A DNA stretch of 64,000 bases. Source: an uncultured bacterium. GTDB taxonomy: Bacteria; Patescibacteriota; Minisyncoccia; UBA6257; 2-01-FULL-56-20. Where the stretch lies: assembly GCA_963719425.1 (NCBI GenBank), contig OY970382.1:321246-385245 (forward strand), written 5' to 3'. Positions 46,028 through 56,758 of the stretch are shown here, piece after piece. The position numbers and the translations under genes were made by a program. The notes beneath the pieces are model-generated. The model was not told the origin of the DNA. It saw only the letters and a list, made by a program, of their open reading frames with translations, and searched no databases. How positions within the stretch are numbered: the first letter of the stretch is position 1; every line of letters starts with the position of its first letter.

Positions 46028-47410
46028 ATGGAAGCAATCAGAATGACGCATCTGTCGCAAAATAAAGTTCATTTTATAGGTATCGGCGGTATCGGCATGA
46101 GCGCCTTGGCCCGCTATTTCCTTTCTGAAAAATGGGCTGTTTCGGGGTCGGATGTGACAAAAAGCCAGATCACCGATTCCCTTACAAAAGATGGCATAAA
46201 GCTCAAAATTGGGCATAAAAAGGGCCATTTGCCTCGCGGTGTGAACCTTGTGGTTGTGAATTTGGCCATACCAGCGAACAATCCGGAGTTGCGCGAGACG
46301 CGGCGGCGGGGCGTCCGGGTACTCACCTATCCGGAAGCCGTGGGGGAACTTACGGAACAGTACAAGACGATCGCCATTGCCGGTGCGCATGGCAAGAGCA
46401 CGACGACGGCGCTCGCAGCACTCACGCTCGTGCGCGGCGGGTTGGATCCGACAGTCATCGTTGGGACAAACCTCAGAGAGTTCGGCGGCGGCAAAAACGG
46501 CCGCAACTTCCGACGTGGGCGCGGCGAATATCTTGTCCTTGAGGCCGATGAATTCGGGAACGCGTTCTTGCGCTACTCCCCTTTCATAGCCATCGTCACG
46601 AACATTGACCGCGAGCACTTGGATACACATAAGGATCTCGCGGGTGTCAAAAAAGCGTTCCTCGGCTTTACAAAAAACGTCGCAAGCGGCGGAACGCTTA
46701 TCCTAAATCACGACGACAAAAATATTGTTTCTCTGAAATCGCCCATTGCGCGGATTGCGCAGCAAAAGAATGTACGCATGATTTGGTTTTCGCTCCATGA
46801 TCCAGACGCGAAGAAAATAAAACGTGCGATAAAAATTTCTGGCGTGCACAATATTTCAAATGCGCTTGCGGTTTATAAACTTGGGAAAGTACTCGGCATT
46901 CAGGAAAAGAAAGTGCTCGCCGCGATCGGTGCGTACCGCGGCGCATGGCGGCGAATGGAATACCGCGGGAGGTTCGGCGGCAAAGACGCCCGGCGCGGCG
47001 CGCTCGTCTACGACGACTACGCGCATCACCCAACGGAGATCAAAGCAACGCTCAAAGCGTTCCATGAAAAATATCCGCATAAAAAAATCCTCTGTGTCTT
47101 TCAGCCACATCAGGCAAAAAGACTCGCGGCGCTCTTCAAGGAATTCACAACTGCCTTTGCCGCCGCCGACAAAACACTCCTCCTCCCTATTTATAAAGTG
47201 GCGGGCCGCGACGAGAAGCCAAGCCGGTTTGATTCCGCAGCGCTTGCCCGCACAATCCAAAAGCGCGAACCCCGAAAGCCATTTTTCTACCTCGCGAATC
47301 CGCGCAACCTCAAAAAGGCCATCCGTACGCTTACCACTCCCCTCTCGCAGTACATCATCGTCATGATGGGCGCCGGGGATATCGTAAAACTTACTGACCT
47401 GCTCATATAG
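46028..47410 (+). CDS. murC: UDP-N-acetylmuramate--L-alanine ligase
   Basis: 'HFIGIGGIGMSALA', 'GAHGKSTT', 'EADE', 'DDYAHHPTEI', 'FQPH', 'GAGD'. Confidence 0.95.
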   Translation: MEAIRMTHLSQNKVHFIGIGGIGMSALARYFLSEKWAVSGSDVTKSQITDSLTKDGIKLKIGHKKGHLPRGVNLVVVNLAIPANNPELRETRRRGVRVLTYPEAVGELTEQYKTIAIAGAHGKSTTTALAALTLVRGGLDPTVIVGTNLREFGGGKNGRNFRRGRGEYLVLEADEFGNAFLRYSPFIAIVTNIDREHLDTHKDLAGVKKAFLGFTKNVASGGTLILNHDDKNIVSLKSPIARIAQQKNVRMIWFSLHDPDAKKIKRAIKISGVHNISNALAVYKLGKVLGIQEKKVLAAIGAYRGAWRRMEYRGRFGGKDARRGALVYDDYAHHPTEIKATLKAFHEKYPHKKILCVFQPHQAKRLAALFKEFTTAFAAADKTLLLPIYKVAGRDEKPSRFDSAALARTIQKREPRKPFFYLANPRNLKKAIRTLTTPLSQYIIVMMGAGDIVKLTDLLI

Positions 47411-47534
47411 AAAGTGCAGGAGGTCCCCCGCAGAGCGAAAGGACCTCCTGTGATACGCCGGTTCTACTACTAGAGGAAACCGTATTTTGTATTGCGATAG
47501 AATAGGTTCTAGTCTATAGGCATCACCTCCCTCT
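47411..47534 (-). ncRNA. Candidate ~125-nt small RNA starting with GGGAGGUGAU
   Basis: Extended -10 TGATATGAT (47549-47541), -35 TTGAGC; helix 47520-26/47450-56; 10-bp terminator-like hairpin 47417-47450. Confidence 0.45.
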
Positions 47535-47614
47535 GAATTTATCATATCACAGCATATGGCGTACGCTCAATCAACCACCTTTTTGGAAGCGTAATTTTAG
47601 GGTATCATTGCTTC

Positions 47615-48397
47615 ATGTTCGGCGATTATAAGGACGTTAATGATTTCAAGGAAAAGTCCGGCTACACGATTGACGGCGTCTGGTACCCGCGCGTCACAAA
47701 GATCGTAACGATCAAATCAAAACCGGCGCTCTACCGCTATTACGGCGAGGCCGCGAGCTACAAAGCCGCGCAGGATATCACGGAGCAATCGGCAAAGGAA
47801 GGCACGATGATCCACGAGGCGGTGGAGGGGTTGCTGCTCGGAAAAAATCCGGAGATCCCGGCCGAGATCGCGCCCGCGGTGAAATCGTTCCAGGAATTCT
47901 TCGCCGCAAACAACATAGAGGTGTCGCCCGAGCTCGTGGAGCGACGCATCGTGAACTACGACCATCGCTACGCGGGCACGGTGGATGCGGTGGCGCTCAT
48001 CGGCGGGCGGCTCGGCGTCCTGGACATCAAGACCTCGCAGGCCATCTATCGCGACTATTGCCTGCAGACCTCCGCGTACATGGACGCCTTGAAATCCCAA
48101 TTCAGAAATCTGCAGACGCGGTGGATCCTGCGCATTGATCAGATCCAGAAGTGCATGCGGTGCGGTGCCGTGCGGCGCGTGAAGGGCGGCCGCGAAAAAG
48201 TGCGCGTTGATTGGAAGAACGGCAACGGCCGCGCGGCGGCCCAGCGGACCTGCGATCACGATTGGGGTCCGCTCATGGGCGAGATAGAACTCAAGGAATT
48301 CCCCTACTGGCAGAACGACTTTGAAGCCTTCCTGGGCGCCAAAAAACTCTGGGAGTGGGAGAATGACTTCTGGTTGAAGAAAGTGGGATATTTATGA
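47615..48397 (+). CDS. PD-(D/E)XK nuclease family protein (phage exonuclease/Cas4-like) with Zn-finger insert
   Basis: 'GTMIH', 'YAGTVD', 'LDIKTS', 'LQTSAY', CxxC...CxH. Confidence 0.8.
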   Translation: MFGDYKDVNDFKEKSGYTIDGVWYPRVTKIVTIKSKPALYRYYGEAASYKAAQDITEQSAKEGTMIHEAVEGLLLGKNPEIPAEIAPAVKSFQEFFAANNIEVSPELVERRIVNYDHRYAGTVDAVALIGGRLGVLDIKTSQAIYRDYCLQTSAYMDALKSQFRNLQTRWILRIDQIQKCMRCGAVRRVKGGREKVRVDWKNGNGRAAAQRTCDHDWGPLMGEIELKEFPYWQNDFEAFLGAKKLWEWENDFWLKKVGYL

Positions 48398-48519
48398 TTT
48401 CTATTTTATGAAAAATATATTAAGTACACCTTGACGGATACTTTATTATATGCTATTAAACTTATGCACAGGGTGAAATTGAATTAACGGGAAATTCAGC
48501 GTTACTATAATACTATAAC

Positions 48520-48558
48520 AAAAGCAGGCGTCGACCGATCGGTCTATGGCCTGCTTTT
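48520..48558. terminator. Bidirectional terminator hairpin overlapping the DUF3800 stop codon
   Basis: AAAAGCAGGC...GCCTGCTTTT with inner GACCG/CGGTC stem. Confidence 0.7.
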
Positions 48559-49353
48559 AGTTTCATTATCTGAATTGTCAAATACTTCTGGTTCTTTCTG
48601 GCGCTCGGTCGGTTTGAAAATACTAACTTTAAATTTTTTCGTCAGAAACGACTCCTGAGACATTCCTTTCTTATCAATAAAAAAGGAGTCTTTTACCTTT
48701 AGTTGAGAGTGAAGAAATGTTAATGTTTTGGATTTTAAATTGTCACAGCTTTTAATGACTCCCTCGCGAAGTTTCAAATCATAAATGACCGCTCCTAACA
48801 ACAAATCGGTTAATTGTAATAGATCCGAAGCTTTTGAATTAATCTGTAAAAAGCAAGGGACAACCACCTTATTGTAGTGATCGTTCAAAATAGCACGCGT
48901 CGCGAGCTCAAGGTTTTCCCCTTCAGGATAAAAGTAGTCGTCAGCCACCACCGTGCATATCTCGTCCTCTGGGTTTATGTTGATTTTGAGCAAGCCAACG
49001 GTAAAGGACTTGTAGACCTTAACAAGATTATTTTCAAAATATTTTGCAAAATCGAGTTGTGATTTTCTAAGAATGGTGCAACTGAAAGTAGCGGAGCGAT
49101 TTGCAATGAAAGCGCCTATCATCGACTGGCACACGCCGAATTTGATTGGGCTCATTTTGTTCCATTTCATCTCTTCGTAAAAATGATTCTTGTCTCGTAT
49201 GGTACGCATTAGGCGTTGAAGTTCGTGAGGCCGTTCGGTCTTAATAATACCGAGGGCAAAAAAGCGATCGTCAGTTTTGTTCAAAAGACCCGTTTCATCA
49301 AGAAAAAAGATGGGGAATTTGAGGTCGCGATGACCTAATGCTTTTTCTATCAT
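48544..49353 (-). CDS. DUF3800 family protein
   Basis: 'FLDETG' at the N-terminus, 'EMKW', 'SKASDLLQLTDLLLG'; AT-rich. Confidence 0.78.
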   Translation of the reverse strand: MIEKALGHRDLKFPIFFLDETGLLNKTDDRFFALGIIKTERPHELQRLMRTIRDKNHFYEEMKWNKMSPIKFGVCQSMIGAFIANRSATFSCTILRKSQLDFAKYFENNLVKVYKSFTVGLLKININPEDEICTVVADDYFYPEGENLELATRAILNDHYNKVVVPCFLQINSKASDLLQLTDLLLGAVIYDLKLREGVIKSCDNLKSKTLTFLHSQLKVKDSFFIDKKGMSQESFLTKKFKVSIFKPTERQKEPEVFDNSDNETKSRP

Positions 49354-49448
49354 GTAATTAGCATAATCTTAGTATTTAGAAAATCAACCTAACTTTAATT
49401 TGCATTTAATCTTATCGAGTGTCTCTTTTTGAGTTCTCCGCCAAATAA

Positions 49449-51272
49449 TTATCCCCTCTCTGCCTTTTTCCGTTCGTTCTCTGTCAGATACTGCTTCCGG
49501 ATGCGGACGCTCTGAGGCGTCACCTCCACGAGCTCGTCGTCGCCGATGTAGTCCAGCGCATCCTCCAGTGATAGTGTAAGCGGGACTTCAAGCTGCGTGG
49601 CAAGCCCCTCGTTTTTCGCGCGGAAGTTCGTGAGCTGCTTCTCGCGCGCCACGTGGACATGTACATCGCCTTCTTTCGCGTTCTCTCCCGCCACCATGCC
49701 TTCGTAGACCGCGACGCCGGGACCGATGAAAAGCGTTCCCCGTCCCTGCGCAGTGACGAGTCCATAATTATTTGATTGGCCTGCTTGGGTGGCAACGATG
49801 GAGCCGTGCGGAATGGACGTAATGTCGCCTTTATATGGTTCATAGCCCAAAAAGAGCGAGTTCATAATGCCGGTGCCCTTCGTCGCAGTAAGGAACTTGT
49901 TGCGGATGCCGATGAGCCCGCGCGTAGGAATCTCAAAATCCATGAATGCGACGTGTTTATCATCCATGCGCATGTTTTTCATCTGGCCGAGGCGCTTGCC
50001 CATCATTTCAATCACGACGCCGGAATATTGTTCGGGCACTTCAATGGAAACAAGCTCCATCGGCTCCAGTTTTTTGCCGCCTTTCTCTTTGAAAATAACC
50101 TGGGGTTTGGAAACCTCAATTTCAAATCCTTCTCGGCGCATTTTTTCAATAAGGATGGCAAGGTGCAGCTCGCCGCGGCCTGCGACCTCCCATTGGCCGA
50201 CGCCGCTCTGGGTGCCGGCTGTGAGCGGCTTCACCTTCAGCGCCACGTCCGTTTCCAGTTCGTGCTCCAGGCGATCTTTGATGTTCCGCGAAGTCGTGAA
50301 TTTTCCTTCCCTGCCGCGGAAAGGCGACGTGTTCACGCCAAAGGTCATCTTGATCGTCGGTTCGTCAATTTCAATCGTAGGCAGTGGCATCGGATTATCG
50401 GGGTCAGTGATCGTTTCGCCGATCGTGATGTCGGGAATCCCTGCGATCGCCACAATATCCCCTGCTTCGGCCTGATCCACATCCACGCGGTTAAGCCCAT
50501 CAAAGACCATCACGGACGTGAGCACTTCTTTCTTGATCTCGCCCGAGCGCGTCACATGTGCCACGATTGCTGCCTTCTTGAGTGTGCCGGAATATAAGCG
50601 GCCGACGGCAATCTTTCCTTTATAGTTGTCGTACGCGAGGTTCACGGTGAGCATCTGCAAGACATTCGTCTCGCTCCTTTTTGGTGCCGGAATGTATTTC
50701 ACGATCGTCTCAAAAACCGATTTAATGTTTTTCATCAGAGCAAGGTCCTTTGTAAAGCCCGCTTTCCCCTCACGCGCGGCGGCATAGATCACGGGAAATT
50801 CAATCTGCTCCTCCGTAGCGTCCAATTCAAAAAAGAGGTCGTAGGTAGCGTTCAATGCCCACTCGGGCCGCGCATCCGGCTTGTCCATCTTATTAATCAC
50901 CACGATGATTTTGTGCCCGGCCTGAATCGCCTTGCGTAGCACGAACTTCGTCTGCGGCATTGGGCCCTCTTTCGCGTCCACAAGCAGGAGCACGCCGTCC
51001 ACCATGCGCATGATGCGCTCCACCTCGCCGCCGAAGTCCGCGTGGCCCGGTGTGTCCACGATGTTTATCTTCACATCTTTGTAGCGCACCGCCGCGTTCT
51101 TGGAAAAGATGGTAATCCCTCGCTCACGCTCCAGCTCATTCGTATCCATAATAAGCTCGCTCACCGCCCCTGTCTTCAACTTAAAATTCGCCGACTGCTT
51201 CAAGAGCGCGTCAACGAGCGTCGTCTTCCCGTGGTCCACATGGGCAATGATGGCGATGTTTCTGAGTTCCAT
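49449..51272 (-). CDS. typA: Translational GTPase TypA/BipA
   Basis: '[17 protein letters not shown]', '[14 protein letters not shown]', 'GRGELHL', 'DDELVEVTP'. Confidence 0.97.
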   Translation of the reverse strand: MELRNIAIIAHVDHGKTTLVDALLKQSANFKLKTGAVSELIMDTNELERERGITIFSKNAAVRYKDVKINIVDTPGHADFGGEVERIMRMVDGVLLLVDAKEGPMPQTKFVLRKAIQAGHKIIVVINKMDKPDARPEWALNATYDLFFELDATEEQIEFPVIYAAAREGKAGFTKDLALMKNIKSVFETIVKYIPAPKRSETNVLQMLTVNLAYDNYKGKIAVGRLYSGTLKKAAIVAHVTRSGEIKKEVLTSVMVFDGLNRVDVDQAEAGDIVAIAGIPDITIGETITDPDNPMPLPTIEIDEPTIKMTFGVNTSPFRGREGKFTTSRNIKDRLEHELETDVALKVKPLTAGTQSGVGQWEVAGRGELHLAILIEKMRREGFEIEVSKPQVIFKEKGGKKLEPMELVSIEVPEQYSGVVIEMMGKRLGQMKNMRMDDKHVAFMDFEIPTRGLIGIRNKFLTATKGTGIMNSLFLGYEPYKGDITSIPHGSIVATQAGQSNNYGLVTAQGRGTLFIGPGVAVYEGMVAGENAKEGDVHVHVAREKQLTNFRAKNEGLATQLEVPLTLSLEDALDYIGDDELVEVTPQSVRIRKQYLTENERKKAERG

Positions 51273-51408
51273 GACGACTCATTATAGGCGCTTTCTATAT
51301 TTTTAGAAAGGTTGTATAATGCGGGTAGTCAATTTGAGATATTCTCCATACGCTCCTTGATAGCCGAATCTGTTTTGTTTTCAAAGGCCGTCAAATTGCA
51401 TAAATTTC

Positions 51409-52305
51409 ATGAAAAAATTATTTATTACTTTGTTTTTCGTGGTTGCAATCGCGAGCTTTGGAGGAATTGCACATGCCGACAATACGCTCACGCCGGCCCA
51501 GGCAGCTCTAATGCAACAAACGCTCAATACGATGAAGGCGGAGCTGAGCGAGCTCCAAGCCCAGGCTGCGGCGCAAATGGGTACGAGAGCTCCGGCGCCG
51601 ACTCCTGCCGTCCTCGGATCTTCGCTTACACCGGGAGACACAGTGTCGCTTGCGAACGCGCTTTCTGCGCTTTCCACGGCGCTCACAGGTCTTCAATCAA
51701 ACTTGGCGAGCAATCCGCAAATCATCGCAGGCCATGAAGGGGCCATCCTCTCCACGCTGAAAGGTGTGGGTACCACGCTCGCAATGATTGGGGCAACGCT
51801 CGCGGGGAACCCAAGCGCCGCTCCGCTCGCGGTTTCGTCACCGTCACCGTCCGCCGTAGCTGCCGCGCCCGTTCCACAAACACAGTCACAGGCACAAATG
51901 CCCGCGCCAGCTCCCGCACCGGAAACCCCCACCCAGATGACGCCGCAAACATCAGGGGCCACGAATCCCGAAAGCGCAGCGCCGCAGACCGCACAGGTGG
52001 GAACGACCTGGTCGTTCTGGAACTTAAACTGGCCGCTCATCGGCGTGATTGCACTTGTGGTTGTCGCAGTGCTTGCATGGCTCTTCTGGCCAGGTGGTGA
52101 AAATGAAGAGGAAGAAATGAAAGAGAAAGGCTCGCCCGCTCCCGCACCTGCCATCACCCTTACGAGCATCGCAAAGCCAGTGGGATCCCCGTCGGCGCCA
52201 ATCGCAACCAGCGCTGTAGCGACGCCCCTCGGAGCATCCACCGGAAAATCACCCCAACCCCCGCAACAGCAGCAACAGCCGCATCAGCAAAGGAAGCCCG
52301 CATAA
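51409..52305 (+). CDS. Hypothetical secreted, membrane-anchored Pro/Ala-rich protein
   Basis: Signal peptide ending AHA, low-complexity linker, TM near the C-terminus. Confidence 0.75.
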   Translation: MKKLFITLFFVVAIASFGGIAHADNTLTPAQAALMQQTLNTMKAELSELQAQAAAQMGTRAPAPTPAVLGSSLTPGDTVSLANALSALSTALTGLQSNLASNPQIIAGHEGAILSTLKGVGTTLAMIGATLAGNPSAAPLAVSSPSPSAVAAAPVPQTQSQAQMPAPAPAPETPTQMTPQTSGATNPESAAPQTAQVGTTWSFWNLNWPLIGVIALVVVAVLAWLFWPGGENEEEEMKEKGSPAPAPAITLTSIAKPVGSPSAPIATSAVATPLGASTGKSPQPPQQQQQPHQQRKPA

Positions 52306-52318
52306 CGCGGGTTTTCCT

Positions 52319-52501
52319 TTATTTTGAGGATGTGCCGGAGGATGTAGGATGGACACACATTTCAATGACGATAGGCGCATGATTGAACTCCCGATTCGCA
52401 AGATACCCAAGCCCGAAACTCAAAGAGGACGCGAGAAAAATGATCGCGCCAAACATGGCTTCCTTTTTATGAAGCCCAAGCCAGCATTTCAATTTTTGCA
52501 C
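52319..52501 (-). CDS. Small hypothetical membrane protein
   Basis: 60 aa with TM 'IIFLASSLSFGLGYL'; fills the gap, co-oriented with the upstream exonuclease. Confidence 0.55.
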   Translation of the reverse strand: MQKLKCWLGLHKKEAMFGAIIFLASSLSFGLGYLANREFNHAPIVIEMCVHPTSSGTSSK

Positions 52502-52536
52502 AGGGCAATGATACCACGCCGCCCATTAAAACATTT

Positions 52537-53256
52537 TTAAAAACTCAGATACTGTTCCCACTTCGCATAGAGCTCGCGGGTCGCGCGGAGATCTCCCACA
52601 TTGTACCGCGCGATTTCTAAAAACTTTTTCTTTTTGAAGAGCGGCCCTACGTCGTCGCCTGTCACCCCTCCGGACTTCGGACTTGGAATGCCGAACGCGC
52701 GCGACCACAAATGCAGACTCCCCTTCCGCCGCGTCGCGCCATAGAATGAAAACTGTTCCGCAAGGTCAATATGTAATGCCTCGGGATTATTTTGGTACAG
52801 ATAACGCCCCCGCATGAGATCCTTCGTCGGCTTCACCCCTTTGATCGCGGAACGGATCATCAAAAACGGCACGTCAAATGCGCGGCCATTGAAGGTAATG
52901 AATACTTGATAGCGCGTGGCGAGCTCCCAGAACTTCCGGAGCATTTCTTCTTCCTCCATCTGCTTGAACGAGATGCCGCCCTCTTTTATCTCTTCGTTGC
53001 GCTCGCCTGGCGCCTGATAATATACCCCACCTTCGTTCTTGTGATAGTCCAAAAGGCCGATCGCGACGATCTCTCCCGTCAAAGGCGAAAATCCGAGGCC
53101 GTTCTTCAGTTCTGTGAGCGCATGCTTATATTCCTCCTCGTTTTCGGAGTCCTTTTTGATCCAACGGGTCAGATTTTCCTGCGTTGCGCGATCAAGCTTT
53201 TCAAACTCCTCCCCTAGCGTTTCTATGTCCAAAATCAACTTGTTTGTTCGCGTCAT
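52537..53256 (-). CDS. DnaQ/PolB-like 3'-5' exonuclease domain protein
   Basis: 'LDIET', 'TFNGRAFDVPFL', 'HIDL', 'YNVGD'. Confidence 0.85.
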   Translation of the reverse strand: MTRTNKLILDIETLGEEFEKLDRATQENLTRWIKKDSENEEEYKHALTELKNGLGFSPLTGEIVAIGLLDYHKNEGGVYYQAPGERNEEIKEGGISFKQMEEEEMLRKFWELATRYQVFITFNGRAFDVPFLMIRSAIKGVKPTKDLMRGRYLYQNNPEALHIDLAEQFSFYGATRRKGSLHLWSRAFGIPSPKSGGVTGDDVGPLFKKKKFLEIARYNVGDLRATRELYAKWEQYLSF

Positions 53257-53324
53257 AGTTTAGGTCATCTGCCACGGCGGACCGGTTGACATTACGGTAA
53301 TGGTACCATAGAATAGAGAACACT

Positions 53325-53597
53325 ATGGCACATACGAAAGCCCTCGGTTCAACCAAATTGGGCCGCGATTCCGTCGCGAAGCGGCTCGGCGTGAAAATCA
53401 ACAACGGCCAAAAAGCGGCGGTCGGGCAAATTATCGTCCGCCAGCGCGGCACGAAGTACGTGCCGGGCGCGAACGTCATTCGTGCGGAGGACGACACGCT
53501 CTACGCTGGAAAGAACGGCGTCGTGAAATTCCTCACAAAGATGAAAACGAACTTTGACGGCTCGCGGAAAAAAGCGACATTCGTCGCCGTGCAGTAA
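53325..53597 (+). CDS. rpmA: 50S ribosomal protein L27
   Basis: 'MAHTKA.GST..GRDS..KRLGVK', 'IIVRQRGT'. Confidence 0.97.
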   Translation: MAHTKALGSTKLGRDSVAKRLGVKINNGQKAAVGQIIVRQRGTKYVPGANVIRAEDDTLYAGKNGVVKFLTKMKTNFDGSRKKATFVAVQ

Positions 53598-53639
53598 CGT
53601 ACCGTAACGCACGGTAACGTGCCGCAGCGCAAAGCCCGC

Positions 53640-54092
53640 TTAGTGCACGGCCTTTTTTACCACTATGGTCGTGTCCGCCATGATGCCTTTTTTGAAATCA
53701 ATCGTGATCGCATACTCCCCTGCTTCTTTGAGCGGGTGCGCGAGATTAATGTCCACGCGCTCCTTCCCGATCAGCCCGTGTTCGCGGAGCGCCTTGAGGA
53801 TGGATTCTTTGTTGACGGAACCGAAGACGGCGCCGGATTTGTCGGCGGCGAGTTCAAATTCCAATTTTGTACCTGCGATCTTCCGCGCGATTTCCGCAAG
53901 GTGCATATGGAGTTCGCGGTCATTTCTCTCATATGCCACCTTTTGCGCCTCAAGTTTTTTGAGCGCGGCGGGCGTCGCCGGTTCGGCAAGTTTGTTTACG
54001 AAAAGAAAGTTCCGGGCGTAGCCGCCACTCACTTCTTTCACTTCGTATTTTTTGCCGACGCTGCGGACATCTTCAAGAAGGATCACTTTCAT
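53640..54092 (-). CDS. rplI: 50S ribosomal protein L9
   Basis: 'MKVILLEDV', 'GYARNFL', 'FGSV'. Confidence 0.96.
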   Translation of the reverse strand: MKVILLEDVRSVGKKYEVKEVSGGYARNFLFVNKLAEPATPAALKKLEAQKVAYERNDRELHMHLAEIARKIAGTKLEFELAADKSGAVFGSVNKESILKALREHGLIGKERVDINLAHPLKEAGEYAITIDFKKGIMADTTIVVKKAVH

Positions 54093-54100
54093 GAGCCGTT

Positions 54101-55339
54101 TTATTGGATTTCCTGTTGCAGCACCTGTATCGCTTTATCAAGCTGGGGATCGCGGCCGTTTGCGATGTCGTCGTCGGAACGCGCTACGGCGTAATCCGGC
54201 GCGATGCCCTCGTGGTCAATGATTTTTCCCGAAGGCAGCACCCAATGAGCCACCGTGAGCTTGATCGCGGAACCGTCGGGGAGCGGCTCAAGTTCCTGTA
54301 CGGTTCCCTTCCCGAAGCTCGTTTCTCCCACGAGCGGCACATGCCGGTCGTCGTGAAGCGCGCCTGCAAGAATCTCCGCCGCGGACGCCGAACCGTCATT
54401 GATAAGCACGGCGATCGGGAAATTTGAGAGGGTGCCGTCGCCCTGCGCCGTGTAATCCTGCTCCGGCACCGCGCGGCCCACTTCTTTCACCACGAGCGAA
54501 CCGGGCTTCAGGAAATATCCCGCAATGTCAACCGCGACTTCAAGATACCCGCCGGGATCGTCGCGGAGATCAAGTACAAACCCCTTTGCATTCAGGGCGA
54601 GCGCTTTGACGAGCGCTTGGTAAAAAAGGAAGTCGGCGTCCTCGGTGAACTCGCTCAACGTGATGTGCGCGATATCGCCTTTCATTTCAAATTCCACGTT
54701 CGGAACTTGAATGTTCGTCCGCGTTATCTTGAAATCTTTCGGCGCGCTCCAACCCGTCCGCAATATGCTCAAGGTGACGGTGGTTCCTTCCGGCCCGCGG
54801 ATCAAGTTCACTGCGTCATCTACCATCATGCCGCTCGTGGATGTCGCGTCAACGGCGACGATCCAGTCCTTTGGTTTCAACCCAGCCTTCTCCGCCGGCG
54901 TACCCTTGAGCGGCGCTACCACCACGATGTGGCCGTCCACGTCCGTGCCGAGCTGCGCGCCGATGCCCCCGAAGTCGCCCGTGATGTTTTCCTGAAACTG
55001 CCGGTTGCTTTGCGGCGTGAAAAATTCCGAATACGGATCGTTCAGCGAATTCACGAGGCCGCTCACCGCGCCGTAGAGTTTCCCCTCGTTGGTCGTGCTT
55101 CCGTTCTGGAGATAGTTATCGTTGATGGTCTGCCACGCCTGCCAGAACAAGCTGAAGTCGGCAGCGCTCATGCCCGTGGACGACGGTGGCATGAGATCGC
55201 TCGCGCCGGTCACCACGACGGTCGGCTGCGGAATTTTTTTCTCTGCGTTCCAGCCGAGGAAAAAACCGCTCCCAAGGAGCGTAAAACCTAGGATGGCGGC
55301 AATCCCTATTTCCAATATTTTTTTGCCCACGCTGCGCAT
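54101..55339 (-). CDS. Carboxyl-terminal processing protease (S41, PDZ)
   Basis: 'DPYS', 'GIG', 'LDLRDDPGG', 'SASAAEI', 'FGKG.VQ'. Confidence 0.93.
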   Translation of the reverse strand: MRSVGKKILEIGIAAILGFTLLGSGFFLGWNAEKKIPQPTVVVTGASDLMPPSSTGMSAADFSLFWQAWQTINDNYLQNGSTTNEGKLYGAVSGLVNSLNDPYSEFFTPQSNRQFQENITGDFGGIGAQLGTDVDGHIVVVAPLKGTPAEKAGLKPKDWIVAVDATSTSGMMVDDAVNLIRGPEGTTVTLSILRTGWSAPKDFKITRTNIQVPNVEFEMKGDIAHITLSEFTEDADFLFYQALVKALALNAKGFVLDLRDDPGGYLEVAVDIAGYFLKPGSLVVKEVGRAVPEQDYTAQGDGTLSNFPIAVLINDGSASAAEILAGALHDDRHVPLVGETSFGKGTVQELEPLPDGSAIKLTVAHWVLPSGKIIDHEGIAPDYAVARSDDDIANGRDPQLDKAIQVLQQEIQ

Positions 55340-55345
55340 AGTACC

Positions 55346-55954
55346 CTAGATTATATCATATTTTGAAAACGGAAATTTCTGGAGGATGGCGTACTCGGCG
55401 CCATCGTGACGAAGCGTGGATTCCATAAGGTCCAAGCTTTCCACGGGAACGCGGATGCGGAGTGAACGCCCTAGAGGCGGTAGCGATACGCCGCGCATCT
55501 CGCCGTTAAATCGCGCAAGGGTAATGTGGCCGCCGAACGGTCTCGTTTCCCTCGTAAACGGCACCTGCTCCGCAACCAGCCGGCTTTCAAGAAACTCCTT
55601 CACGGCGGAAAGTTTTTGAGAGCTCTCCTCTGCCGCGCCGAGCCACAACATCCTCTTTGCGCTCCCGCGTGGCGGGCCGTACGTTACGGTATCAAAGATG
55701 ATTTCCTGCGCTGGAAATCGCTTCGCGGCAGCTTCCGCGGCGCGTATGATTTTGGGAAATTCGGCGTCGTCCTCGTAGCCCAAAAACGATATGGTGAGAT
55801 GCCAGTTCGCGGACGGTACGAGCCGGATCCGGCAGCGAAGGTCAGGCGCGAATTTCTTCTCCGCCACTTCGGACACTTTTACTATCTCTCGCCGCGCGGC
55901 ATCGGTGAGATTCACAGCAATAAAAAGCCGGTGGCGCATAATTACAGGATACAT
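55346..55954 (-). CDS. thpR: RNA 2',3'-cyclic phosphodiesterase (2H family; start probably 55939)
   Basis: 'RLFIA', two HxT motifs (HLT, HIT). Confidence 0.88.
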   Translation of the reverse strand: MYPVIMRHRLFIAVNLTDAARREIVKVSEVAEKKFAPDLRCRIRLVPSANWHLTISFLGYEDDAEFPKIIRAAEAAAKRFPAQEIIFDTVTYGPPRGSAKRMLWLGAAEESSQKLSAVKEFLESRLVAEQVPFTRETRPFGGHITLARFNGEMRGVSLPPLGRSLRIRVPVESLDLMESTLRHDGAEYAILQKFPFSKYDII

Positions 55955-55968
55955 TAAAATGGAATAAA

Positions 55969-56238
55969 ATGGTCAAGTCGCAATCGGCATACATAAAGGA
56001 ATTAAAGCGAAGAGCTGCCGCATCGCGCGTGTATCGGAAGCACCAGCTTCTGGGGCTTTTGATCGCGCAAACTTTGAAAGACGAAAGGCATAAATCGCTC
56101 TACATCAAACTCGCAAAAGAAAGGGGTGGCGAACGCCTCCTCACGCTCGCAAAGGAAATCGCGGAAAAAAGGAATGTGAAAAACCGGGGAGCGTACTTCA
56201 TGGCGCTCCTTAAGGGAAATTCCCATCATGGCAGGTGA
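55969..56238 (+). CDS. Small basic hypothetical protein
   Basis: 89 aa, overlaps the def start; TAAAAT upstream. Confidence 0.7.
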   Translation: MVKSQSAYIKELKRRAAASRVYRKHQLLGLLIAQTLKDERHKSLYIKLAKERGGERLLTLAKEIAEKRNVKNRGAYFMALLKGNSHHGR

Positions 56239-56743
56239 AATCGTTGCGGTAGGCAATAAAAACAATGAAAAAATCCTGCGCAAAAAAGCGGTTGGTTTTG
56301 ACTTCAAGAAATTTACGAGGAAGGAAGTGAATGAACTCGTCGCCAAGATGCGCCGCGTTATGAAAACGGCGAACGGCATCGGTCTTTCCGCAAACCAGAT
56401 CGGCCTGCCCTATCGGATGTTCGTCGCCGAAGTTCCAGATATGCAGGGTGGAATGAAATTTTACGCCGTATTCAATCCGAAGATTGAAAAGGCGAGCGAG
56501 GAAACCGTCCCATATGAGGAAGGATGTTTGAGCGTGCCCGGCGTCTGGGGCGACGTCACGCGTCCGGCGAGAATCGTGGTGAGCGGTTTTGACAAGAACG
56601 GGAAGCCCACGAAAGTAAAAGCGTGGGGACTCCTCGCGCGAGTGTTCCAGCACGAGGTGGACCATCTGAACGGAAGACTTTTCACTGACCGGACGAAGAA
56701 GCTCCGCCATGCGCATGCGGAGAAAAAGGGCGCCGATGTTTAG
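56228..56743 (+). CDS. def: Peptide deformylase
   Basis: 'GIGLSANQIG', 'EGCLS', 'QHEVDH'. Confidence 0.97.
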   Translation: MAGEIVAVGNKNNEKILRKKAVGFDFKKFTRKEVNELVAKMRRVMKTANGIGLSANQIGLPYRMFVAEVPDMQGGMKFYAVFNPKIEKASEETVPYEEGCLSVPGVWGDVTRPARIVVSGFDKNGKPTKVKAWGLLARVFQHEVDHLNGRLFTDRTKKLRHAHAEKKGADV

Positions 56744-56758
56744 CGTCTCCGGTATCCA

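Noticed and set aside
47615-48397. Cas4 / CRISPR or prophage assignment for the PD-(D/E)XK nuclease
   Set aside because: No four-Cys Fe-S pattern flanking the nuclease, no array and no phage structural or integrase genes nearby.
53594-53623. Three imperfect 10-bp tandem repeats (GTAACG-N4) between rpmA and rplI
   Set aside because: Too short for an array; probably a slippage or terminator hairpin between convergent genes.
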